Of a DNA stretch of 59,473 nucleotides, positions 44,530-52,861 are shown piece by piece. The translations under genes and the position numbers were made by a program. Below the pieces are notes generated by a model. The model did not search any database and was not told where the DNA came from. It worked only from the letters and a program-made list of their open reading frames with translations. Within the stretch, counting starts at the first letter, position 1. Each line of letters opens with the position of its first letter. Origin of the DNA: Candidatus Woesearchaeota archaeon (GTDB lineage Archaea > Nanobdellota > Nanobdellia > Woesearchaeales > UBA525). The stretch is taken from the NCBI GenBank assembly GCA_014874255.1, contig JACWAN010000086.1, positions 1 through 59,473 on the forward strand. The letters are read 5' to 3'.

Positions 44530-47500
44530 TCGCGCCATTCCCGTTCGATCTGCTCCTCGTCCTCGCCGTTCTGCCGCGCGATGCCGTAGAACTCTTCCTT
44601 GCTCACGTGCTTCTGCGGCCCGGAGCGCGGCCCGAACCGCTGGAAGAAGATGAAGAGGAACCCCACCACGGGGACGAGGAGGAGGGAGAGCCACGGGCTC
44701 AACGGCCGGCCGACGCTCTGCGCGTACGCCAACGCCCGTAGCTGGGCGGCGCAGTCCGGGCTGATGTCCTTCGGCACGGTGAACCGGATCGTCTGCGCCT
44801 GGTCGAGGGTGTCGAACTGCCAGACGATGAGGGGGTCGTCCTGCACGACCTGGTAGTCGCCGCTCAGGTTGAGTTCGGACGCTTTCCCAGCCATGCATTT
44901 CGGGATCTCGATGGGGACGCGGAGCCCGCCGAGGCTCTTGCTCGGCGTGAGGGTCAGGTCGAACGCGGTGCCGTTGTCCGTCTTCTCCGTCTTGACGCCG
45001 ATGCTGAGCGCGTCCTTCGTCTTGTTCCACGCGTCGAGGAGCGACCCGTTCGCCTCCTGCGTGTAGGTGATGTTCGCGATCTCGATGAAGGAGAGGTAGG
45101 TGGGCTGGATGGGTCCGTTCGCGGCCGCGATCACGTCCTGCCGGGCGACGAGCCGCCCCACGGTGAAGCGGAGCGTCGTCGGCGACAGCGGCCGCATCTC
45201 CGCCCCGGTCACCTGCAGGGCCGACGGCACGTCGACGATGGTCTGGTAGATGGTCGCGGTGAACCCGACGTTGTCCAGGGGGGCTGCGCCGAGGTTCGAG
45301 ACCGAGAAGTCGAGGGCGCCGTCCCGGAGGCCGACCTTGATGAAGACGGGGCCGTTCGTCGCGAGGATGTCTTCCAGGTCGGCCGCGACCGTCGCGCTCT
45401 GGTTGATGACCTGCTGCGGCTGGCACCGGCTCAGGGTGCAGTCGCCCGGGTTGACGCACGAGTAGCCGTTGCCGCAGTCGCTGTCCTGGTCGCAGATGAC
45501 GCTGCAGTTCTGGACCGTGACGCACTTCCCGGCCTGGCACTGCTGGGCCGCGGTGCATTGGTTGCTGCACGCGCCGCAGTTGTCGTGGCTGCCCTGGAGG
45601 TCGACGCATTGGCCGTCGCAGCTCGTCGTGCCGGGCTGCGACTGGCAGGGCCGGAGCTGGACGCACTGGCCGCTGCCGCCGCTGACCGTGCATTCCTGCT
45701 CGTCCGTGCATGTGCGGACCGGCAGGGAGGCGTTGCAGCTCGGGTCGTACTGGACGAGGTCGTTGCCGATGCAGCGGAGCGTCGTCGGGCCCGTGCACTG
45801 GAGGCAGGAGTTCTCGTTCGCGCACCGGCCGCTCGCGCACGCCTGCCCGCTGTTCCAGACGTACGAGACGCCGTTCCACGTGCAGCTCCGCATCCGGCCG
45901 TCGCTGCACTCCGTGTCCCCCGCCGAGCAGGCGTCCTGCGGCGTGCAGTCGAGGCACGTGCATTCCCCGTTGGCGCAGACGCCTTGCCTGCCGTCGCTGA
46001 GCGTGCAGGACGCGGTGTTCGCCACATGGGTGCACGCGCCTGCGGCGCAGTGGTCGTCGGTGCAGGCGTTGCCGTCGTCGCACTGGCCGTTCGCCGTGCA
46101 GCCCGGAGCGGCGCACTGGCCGCCGCTGCAGGCCTGGCCGGCGGGGCAGTTCGCGGGCGCGCTCCACGCGTAGCACGCGCTCCCGGGCAGCTGGCTGCAC
46201 GTCTGGGTCTGGTTGGCGCTGCACCGCGACGTGCCGGGCACGCAGGGGTTGCTGCACGCGACGCAGATGCCGTTGCTGCATGAGCCCGCCTGATCGCCGA
46301 CGCTGCACGCCGTCGCGTCCGCGACGTTCGTGTACTGGCACGTGGAGTCGACGCATTGCGCGGTCTGGCACTGGCCTCCCTGCGTGCAGGACGCGTTCGT
46401 GATGTAGCAGTTCGCCGCTAGGCAGCTCGTCGCGTCCGCGCACTGTCCGGTCGTGCACTCGGTGGTGTTCCAGCCGAGCCAGCCGCCCTTGTCCACGCAC
46501 GTGCTGAGGCTGCCGCTGCTGCACGCCGTCGTGCCCGGGGAGCTGCATTGGCTCAGGGGGACGCAGGCGTGGACGGTCGCGCTGCACGTGGCGCCGCCCG
46601 TGCACGTGGCGCCGTTGTCCACGAGGCCGTCGCAGTTGTCGTCGAGGCCGTTGCAGATCTCCGTCGCGCCGGGGTGGATCGCCGCGTTGGTGTCGTCGCA
46701 GTCCTGGCTGTTCGTCACGTAGCCGCCGGGCGGGCTCACCGCCTGGATCGTCACGGCGGGGTCGCCGTACCCGTCCCCGTCCGCGTCCTTGTAGTAGGTG
46801 TGGACGGGGAGGCACTGCCCCGCGCTGCAGATGCGGTTCGTGCCGCATGACGTCCCGTCCGCGAGGTCCGCGTGAGTGCACGTGCCGGCGGCGACGCTGC
46901 ACGCGTCCGTCGTGCACGGGTTGTCGTCGTTGCAGTCGGCGTCCTTGGCGCACGAGCCGCACGACGCGCCGCCGCTGCCCGTGACGCAGGTGATCGCGCA
47001 CGTCTGCTCGTCGGTCCAGTAGCTGCACCCGTACGCGTTCGCGCTGCAGGATTGGATGGTGTTGCCGCTGCACCGCGTCGTGCCCGTGCATCCCTCGTAC
47101 GGCGATGCCTGCTGCACGCAGGCGCAGGTGCCGCCCTGGTTGACGTAGCCGGCGGAGCAGCCGTAGCAGCTCGTCGGGCTCGTGCAGAAGTACTGGCTGA
47201 AGAGCGTCGCGTGCGCCGGCGCGGGCGACGCGCAGAAGTACGGGTTCGCGCAGGACGCGACGCACTGGCCGCCGCTGCATGTCTGGCCGGCGCCGCACGT
47301 GCCGCAGCTGCCGCCGCACCCGTCGTCGCCGCATTGTTTGCCGGCGCAGTTCGCCGGGCGCGGATCAGTCGCCTGGCACGCGCCGTACTGGCCGTTGCTG
47401 CAGTACTTCGTCCCGGTCGCGGTGCACGTGCCGAACGCGGCGGTGCAGTTCGCCGAGGCGGCTCCGCAGTTCAGCGTGCCGCCGCACGTGTCGGATTGCT

Positions 47501-48542
47501 GGCCGCAGTTGTAGCCGAGCGCGCTGCACGTCGGCGGAGACAACGGGGTGCACGTCGACGCTGGCGGCGTCCACGCGCCGCTGCTGCACGTCTGCTTGAG
47601 CGTGTTCGCGCACTCCCCGCTGCCGCACGAGACCGTGTTCGTCTGGCCGGCGCTGCACTCCGTCCCGACGCACTGGCCGCTGCTGCAGACCTGGCCGGAG
47701 GGGCAGGCGTGGCCGCATGATCCGCAGTTGTTCGTGTCCGTCTGGAGGTTGAGGCACGTCGCCGTGCTCCCGCTGCCGCACTGCGAATAGCCGGCGTTGC
47801 ACGTGCACGTCCCGCCGCTCTGGTGCGCGTTCGCGTTGCACGCGTAGCAGCTCCCCGCGTCGCAGTAGTACTGGTTGAAGAGCGTCGCGAGCGTCCCCGC
47901 GCTCCCGCAGAAATACGGGCTGCCCAGCGCGGCGCAGGACGGCTTGCACGCGCCGTTCCCCGTGCACACGCTCCCCGCCGGGCACGTCTGGAAGTTCCCC
48001 CACGAGAGACACGAGCTCCCCCCATAATACCCGCACGTCTCGCTGACCGTGCGGCTGGAACAAGCGGTATCATATAGTTTTCCGCAAGTATCAGTGCATG
48101 AAGTTGTGCATTGACCGCTTGATGCGTCGCACGTCGTGTTAGAACCGCACGTCTGCACGTACTGCCACTGGAGGCAGCCGCTCACGCTCGTACACACGTA
48201 CAAGTCCTGGTTCGACGTCCCCGTGCACGAATGCGTGTTGGCTGTCGTGCACGTCGGCGTACAGTTCGCCACGCACGTCGTTCCGTCCCAGTTATATCCC
48301 GATGCGCAGCCATAGCATTGTTGCGGAGAAACGCAGACATAAGGTTCAAGAATTGAATGTGCTGGTTGGGAACCAACACAAAAATAAGGGTTTGGACAAA
48401 AATTGTCGCAATCACCGCACGGAGGGAATTGACCGGTTTCTCCTGGTTCGCAGATGTTGTTATTATTGCAGCTTGCTTGGACAAAGCGAGGGATAACTAT
48501 GAATATGATGAGGATAAGTAAGATCTCCCACCTCCACTTCAT
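44511..48542 (-). CDS. giant cysteine-rich secreted surface protein with C-terminal TM anchor
   Basis: 1343 aa. Signal peptide MKWRWEILLILIIFIVIPRFVQAS. About 1 residue in 9 is Cys over roughly 950 aa (CxxGQC-type repeats). MopE-like segment YYKDADGDGYGDP..DCDDTNAAIHPGATEICNGLDDNCDG. Beta-rich stalk, a TM segment (LLLVPVVGFLFIFF) and a charged tail. Confidence 0.8.
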   Translation of the reverse strand: MKWRWEILLILIIFIVIPRFVQASCNNNNICEPGETGQFPPCGDCDNFCPNPYFCVGSQPAHSILEPYVCVSPQQCYGCASGYNWDGTTCVANCTPTCTTANTHSCTGTSNQDLYVCTSVSGCLQWQYVQTCGSNTTCDASSGQCTTSCTDTCGKLYDTACSSRTVSETCGYYGGSSCLSWGNFQTCPAGSVCTGNGACKPSCAALGSPYFCGSAGTLATLFNQYYCDAGSCYACNANAHQSGGTCTCNAGYSQCGSGSTATCLNLQTDTNNCGSCGHACPSGQVCSSGQCVGTECSAGQTNTVSCGSGECANTLKQTCSSGAWTPPASTCTPLSPPTCSALGYNCGQQSDTCGGTLNCGAASANCTAAFGTCTATGTKYCSNGQYGACQATDPRPANCAGKQCGDDGCGGSCGTCGAGQTCSGGQCVASCANPYFCASPAPAHATLFSQYFCTSPTSCYGCSAGYVNQGGTCACVQQASPYEGCTGTTRCSGNTIQSCSANAYGCSYWTDEQTCAITCVTGSGGASCGSCAKDADCNDDNPCTTDACSVAAGTCTHADLADGTSCGTNRICSAGQCLPVHTYYKDADGDGYGDPAVTIQAVSPPGGYVTNSQDCDDTNAAIHPGATEICNGLDDNCDGLVDNGATCTGGATCSATVHACVPLSQCSSPGTTACSSGSLSTCVDKGGWLGWNTTECTTGQCADATSCLAANCYITNASCTQGGQCQTAQCVDSTCQYTNVADATACSVGDQAGSCSNGICVACSNPCVPGTSRCSANQTQTCSQLPGSACYAWSAPANCPAGQACSGGQCAAPGCTANGQCDDGNACTDDHCAAGACTHVANTASCTLSDGRQGVCANGECTCLDCTPQDACSAGDTECSDGRMRSCTWNGVSYVWNSGQACASGRCANENSCLQCTGPTTLRCIGNDLVQYDPSCNASLPVRTCTDEQECTVSGGSGQCVQLRPCQSQPGTTSCDGQCVDLQGSHDNCGACSNQCTAAQQCQAGKCVTVQNCSVICDQDSDCGNGYSCVNPGDCTLSRCQPQQVINQSATVAADLEDILATNGPVFIKVGLRDGALDFSVSNLGAAPLDNVGFTATIYQTIVDVPSALQVTGAEMRPLSPTTLRFTVGRLVARQDVIAAANGPIQPTYLSFIEIANITYTQEANGSLLDAWNKTKDALSIGVKTEKTDNGTAFDLTLTPSKSLGGLRVPIEIPKCMAGKASELNLSGDYQVVQDDPLIVWQFDTLDQAQTIRFTVPKDISPDCAAQLRALAYAQSVGRPLSPWLSLLLVPVVGFLFIFFQRFGPRSGPQKHVSKEEFYGIARQNGEDEEQIEREWRDYRRRF

Positions 48543-48582
48543 GATGAAGATTTAGAAGAATTCGTTTTAAAAACTTTCTGCC

Positions 48583-49839
48583 CTACTTCCTGAACGGCGT
48601 CGAGACAGATGGCATACTATGGTCAAACACCGACGTGGTAGACCAACTCTCCTTGGAAGGGTTGTTTGTTGTCTGATTGAGTGTGTCCCAGTGAGGCGGG
48701 CAACTCATATCAATCTTGTCCAGGCCTTGGCAGTTGTACTCTGGTTTGTGTGTGTCGACGTAGCCAGGCAAGGCCTGCGTCCTGTAGAGATTGCGCATCG
48801 CCTGGATGTCTGAAGGATTCAGGTGTATCTCCGCAATCCCCCCATTATTGACAAAAAGGATGTATGACGTCGTGTTTATCTCGACAGGGTCATGGATATT
48901 AGTAATCTCTCCATTTGATTGGTCTCCATCGACATAGCTGAGCAGCCAGGCTTCCATCTGATCGACAGTTGTGCCGTTCGTGTTGTCGGGTGATCTCACA
49001 AGGATGGTCGAGATGTCCTGTAAATCTTGACTCTCGTTTAAGATGCCGTACGCCTCTGTGACTCTCCCGTAGAAGTTACCCGTCGGGAACCAGAAGTTGC
49101 AGAAGTCATAGACGGTGGGTTCTGTCGTGCTGAAGTTCTGCATCGTTCTGAGTCTCGTGTCGCCGCTGACGGGGCTGGTGTAGAGGAGGAGGCCGCCGGC
49201 CTTGCTCTGGTCGCTGACTTGCGGTATGAGCGTGTCTGTGCTTCCCGGGGGGAAACCGAGTTGGTAAGTGGAGCCGACTTTACCTGAGGTGACAATTCCG
49301 GGAGGAACATATTCGGTCGGTGCCGGAGTCGGTCCTGTCCCGTCTGGTCCGTAGGCTTGGTGGTTGAGGGTGTTGTTGCTGCTGCTGTCGCCGGAGAGGA
49401 CGATCTCTCGTTCCCATTGCATCCCGTTCGCGAGGATTCCTGCTTCTGGTTGTTCGTTGTTTTTCGCGTTTGCGGGGAGGACGGGGATGTTCATGCCGCT
49501 GCCGTCCGTGTTTTGGATGCTGGCGGTGAGGACTGCGTCGTCGCCGGTGCTCGTCACGTACGCGCTTCCTTCCTGGGTGAGCGGGTTGGCGAGCGTGCCG
49601 CTCTGTCCGGGGGTGAGCGTCACGGTTTCGGGCGTGCCGTTGCGGGGGTCTTGGCCCATGGGGGCGTACGTCGCCGTGATGGTGATCGTCTGCGGGGAGG
49701 CGTTCAGCGCCGTGACTTTCGCGTTCTGGTTCAGGTACGGGATGATCTGGCTGCCCATCGCTCCGAGGCTGAGGGCGGCGCTGATCATCGTCACGCCGAG
49801 GCGTCTTTTCGTCGAGGAGAGGAGTTGTTCGAGGGTCAT
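48583..49839 (-). CDS. secreted/membrane-anchored protein, unknown function
   Basis: 418 aa. N-terminus MTLEQLL..KRRLGVTMISAALSLGAMG. Rich in T/S/N/G and lower in GC than the flanks. Confidence 0.6.
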   Translation of the reverse strand: MTLEQLLSSTKRRLGVTMISAALSLGAMGSQIIPYLNQNAKVTALNASPQTITITATYAPMGQDPRNGTPETVTLTPGQSGTLANPLTQEGSAYVTSTGDDAVLTASIQNTDGSGMNIPVLPANAKNNEQPEAGILANGMQWEREIVLSGDSSSNNTLNHQAYGPDGTGPTPAPTEYVPPGIVTSGKVGSTYQLGFPPGSTDTLIPQVSDQSKAGGLLLYTSPVSGDTRLRTMQNFSTTEPTVYDFCNFWFPTGNFYGRVTEAYGILNESQDLQDISTILVRSPDNTNGTTVDQMEAWLLSYVDGDQSNGEITNIHDPVEINTTSYILFVNNGGIAEIHLNPSDIQAMRNLYRTQALPGYVDTHKPEYNCQGLDKIDMSCPPHWDTLNQTTNNPSKESWSTTSVFDHSMPSVSTPFRK

Positions 49840-49845
49840 GTTTTC

Positions 49846-50952
49846 TCACCAGTTCGGTTTTTGTTTCGTCCAGGCGGCGTTCGGCCGCGCGGAGAGGAGT
49901 GGGGCGTTGGTGCCGTAGTACTGCGTCCAATGCTCGCCGACGAAGGGCGCCAGCGCCTCTTGGACGAAGCCGTACGGGTTCGGGACGCTGGCCGTAATCC
50001 TCATCATGCCGTTCACCTTCTTCGCGTTCAGTCCGGAGACGTCCGTGGCCCGCGTCACGAAGAGGTAGAGGGCGCCGTTCGCGACCTTGAGGGGCGCGCC
50101 TCCTGCGAAGCTGCCGTCGGACGGGTCGGAGTTCTCCCAGTGCAGCAGCACGAGCTTCATCGTGGCGGCGTCGCCGAACTTCTGCTTGAAGAGCGGATCC
50201 TGGAGGAGGTACGCGCTGAGCGCGTCCGTGATGCCCGTCGTCTCCGCGGGCGAGAGCTTGATCGGCTTCGAGGCGGGCTTCATCCATTTCGTGACGCAGT
50301 AATAGCCGAGCATCGGCGTCGCGCGCGGCGCCATGTCGACGTACTGTTCATCGCCCATGCTGTTCTGCGCCATGAGGACGCCGCGGCCGCTCCCTTGGAG
50401 GAACTGGATGCCGATCCCTGCGCCGTCAGGCAGGCTGCCGAGCACCGTCTGCGGATCGAGGACGGTGCCGTCCGGATAGACGCCGATGGCGACGTTGATG
50501 AGACGCCCGTCCGGTTGCGTCGCGTAGATCGCCGCGGTCACGGTCGCGCCGCCGGCCTCGATGCCGAGCTTCGCGCCCGTCGGGAGCTGACCGTAGACAT
50601 CCTCGGTGTTCGCGAGGTCCTCCAGCGTGTAGATCGGCGGCGAGGCGATGAAGCCGTTCACCCCGGTCTCCACATCGACCACCGGGTCAGGGTACTTGTT
50701 CCCCATGCTGTCCGTGCCGGGGACGATCCGTATCTGGGTGGCCTGCTCCGGGAACTCGAACACCTGATGCGGGCCGATGGTGTACTGCTGGCCGTTGATC
50801 GTGCCGTCGACCGCGACCGCGGACGGGTTGTAGATCCTCGCTTCCGACGGATTGCCCGTCGTCGGGACGATGATGTCCGCGTTCGCCGGCGTTCCGATGA
50901 GCGTCGCGCCTGCGACCATCGCGCCTGCGAGGATCTTTTCGAGTGTGTTCAT
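49846..50952 (-). CDS. secreted protein, unknown function
   Basis: 368 aa. N-terminus MNTLEKILAGAMVAGATLIGTPANA. SD-like GGTGA and a TATA-like TTTATATATG lie upstream on the minus strand. Confidence 0.6.
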   Translation of the reverse strand: MNTLEKILAGAMVAGATLIGTPANADIIVPTTGNPSEARIYNPSAVAVDGTINGQQYTIGPHQVFEFPEQATQIRIVPGTDSMGNKYPDPVVDVETGVNGFIASPPIYTLEDLANTEDVYGQLPTGAKLGIEAGGATVTAAIYATQPDGRLINVAIGVYPDGTVLDPQTVLGSLPDGAGIGIQFLQGSGRGVLMAQNSMGDEQYVDMAPRATPMLGYYCVTKWMKPASKPIKLSPAETTGITDALSAYLLQDPLFKQKFGDAATMKLVLLHWENSDPSDGSFAGGAPLKVANGALYLFVTRATDVSGLNAKKVNGMMRITASVPNPYGFVQEALAPFVGEHWTQYYGTNAPLLSARPNAAWTKQKPNW

Positions 50953-51149
50953 TCGGTTCTCACCTGTGTCGCACCAGTATTACATCCTTTCTCATATATA
51001 AATGTTTCGGTTGGAGACTACTGTTGAGTGACAAAATAATGAATTTTTCTGGCGGCATGCACGAAAAGAGCTGCTTGGAGGGACACATCAAGCAAAAGTA
51101 TCCCTCCGGAGAGGGAAACTTTATAAGTACTGTTCTATTTTCAGAACAT

Positions 51150-51686
51150 ATGTTCCAAAAAAAGAACGATTTGTTCGTCGTCGAGCTCCTCGGCGCGGAG
51201 CCGATGCACCTCCGCCGAATCGCGGCAGCGACGGGGATCGCGCCGAGCACCGCGCTCCGCCTGCTGACGAAGCTCCAGGCGGACGGCGTCGTCGACCGCC
51301 GCGAGGAAGGACGGAACGCGGTCTACTTCCTCAAGAGCACGCCCGAAGCGACAATCCACAGTCTCATGGCAGAACACCAGAAGCTCCTGCGCCTCCTCGA
51401 GGAGTCTGAACTGCGGCGCATCTACGCAGAGATCACGCGGGAAACCGACGGCGAACTCGTCATCCTCTTCGGCAGCCACGCGAACGGCACAGCAAACGAG
51501 GGAAGCGACATCGACCTCTACGTCGAGACGACCGATCCGAAGAAGGAGCGAGCGATCGAGCTGATCAGCGACCGGATCCACCTCACGATCGGCTCGCTCC
51601 GGAAGGACTCCGACTTTTTCAAGGAAATCGTTAAGAACCATGTCATCCTGCAGAACGCCGAACGGTTCTTCAGGCTGATCGCATGA
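51150..51686 (+). CDS. wHTH-fused minimal nucleotidyltransferase (MNT)
   Basis: TATA-like TTTATAAG about 28 nt upstream of ATG 51150. wHTH LRRIAAATGIAPSTALRLLTKLQADGVV. NTase motif LFGSHANGTANEGSDIDLYV. Confidence 0.7.
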   Translation: MFQKKNDLFVVELLGAEPMHLRRIAAATGIAPSTALRLLTKLQADGVVDRREEGRNAVYFLKSTPEATIHSLMAEHQKLLRLLEESELRRIYAEITRETDGELVILFGSHANGTANEGSDIDLYVETTDPKKERAIELISDRIHLTIGSLRKDSDFFKEIVKNHVILQNAERFFRLIA

Positions 51687-52150
51687 ACATATTCCTCAAG
51701 AAGCTCGTCGCGGAAAGGAAGGTCGTCCTCGTCGGGCAGAACGGGAACCTCGCGCACGCGTACGCGGAGAAGTCGCGGAACTCGCTGAAGGCCGCGAAGA
51801 TCCTCCGTCGGGAAGAGCTTCCTGAAGAGGCGACGACGATGGCGTACTACGCGATGTATCACCAGGCGCTGGCGCTCCTCTTCTCCACCGGCATCAAATC
51901 GGAGAACCACGCAGCGACGGCCATCCTGCTCGCAGAGCTCTTCGTCGTCGACGGCGACGCGCTCGCCGCCGCGAGAAGGACGCGCGTCAAGACGCAGTAT
52001 TACGCCGACGCGGAGATGACGCGGGCGAAAGCCGAGACGCTCATCAGGGAAGCGGAGACCTTCACTACAGGGATCCGCGACAGGATTGACCGGCTCACCA
52101 CTACAGAAAAAGCACACATCCGGGCGGAGTTCTCTCGCGAGTACCTCTGA
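51683..52150 (+). CDS. HEPN-domain protein
   Basis: 155 aa, helical. ATGA overlap with the MNT gene. Confidence 0.6.
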   Translation: MNIFLKKLVAERKVVLVGQNGNLAHAYAEKSRNSLKAAKILRREELPEEATTMAYYAMYHQALALLFSTGIKSENHAATAILLAELFVVDGDALAAARRTRVKTQYYADAEMTRAKAETLIREAETFTTGIRDRIDRLTTTEKAHIRAEFSREYL

Positions 52151-52312
52151 CAGGCTCCGCCTCCCAAGACATTTTCCGACGGGGCCGGACCACGGACGGC
52201 AGTACCGGATCACTGCCGGAAAACGCCCGCAAAGCCATATATTGGCTGTCCGCTCACCAGCACGCAGGTGTCAGCGGAAACCATATAAACTACAACGCAT
52301 TTTAGAATTAAA

Positions 52313-52588
52313 ATGAAAGGGAGCGACGTGCTGATGATGACGACGATGTCGAAGAACGGCCAGATCGTCATCCCGATCGAGCTGCGGAAAGCGCTGAAGC
52401 TCGAACCAGCGACCCAGTTCTTCGTCTTCGAGGAAGACGGCGGACTCGTCCTGAGACGCGTCTCGAAGAAGCTCCTCGACGACATCCGCGCGGGCGAAGA
52501 GGATATCAAGCAGGGCAGGTCACTTACCCTTGACACCGACATGAGCGTGAAAGAGATGGATGAACGCCTACGTCGGTGGAAGCCGTGA
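52313..52588 (+). CDS. AbrB/SpoVT-family antitoxin
   Basis: SKNGQIVIPIELRKALKL is a swapped-hairpin motif. TATA-like CATATAAAC about 27 nt upstream. Confidence 0.65.
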   Translation: MKGSDVLMMTTMSKNGQIVIPIELRKALKLEPATQFFVFEEDGGLVLRRVSKKLLDDIRAGEEDIKQGRSLTLDTDMSVKEMDERLRRWKP

Positions 52589-52830
52589 AGATAACATTCT
52601 CGAAGCGATTCTGGAAAGCGTACACTCGGCTCAAGGATGATGCACTCAGAGAACGGATCCAGAAACAACTCCGGAAAGCGCTCGAAAACCCCGAGATAGG
52701 CAAGCCGCTGTCGTACAGCCTCAAAGGACTGCGGACGCTCCGGGTCGATCCGTATCGGATCATCTATGCGGTAGAAGGGGAGACCCTTGAGGTTATCGCG
52801 CTCGGCAACCGGGACGACGTCTACGAATAG
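52576..52830 (+). CDS. relE: RelE/ParE-family toxin
   Basis: GTG start overlapping the antitoxin. KGLRTLRVDPYRIIYAVEGETLEVIALGNRDDVY. Confidence 0.7.
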   Translation: MEAVKITFSKRFWKAYTRLKDDALRERIQKQLRKALENPEIGKPLSYSLKGLRTLRVDPYRIIYAVEGETLEVIALGNRDDVYE

Positions 52831-52861
52831 CTTTTTATACGCGCCGCCGTTCCACCGGCAG

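Noticed and set aside
44056-47334. 1092-aa alternative-frame ORF, plus several plus-strand ORFs, inside the giant cysteine-rich gene.
   Set aside because: They are Arg-rich low-complexity translations of the same GC-rich repeats. Only the 44511-48542 frame has a signal peptide, Cys-repeat logic, a TM anchor and a proper start context.
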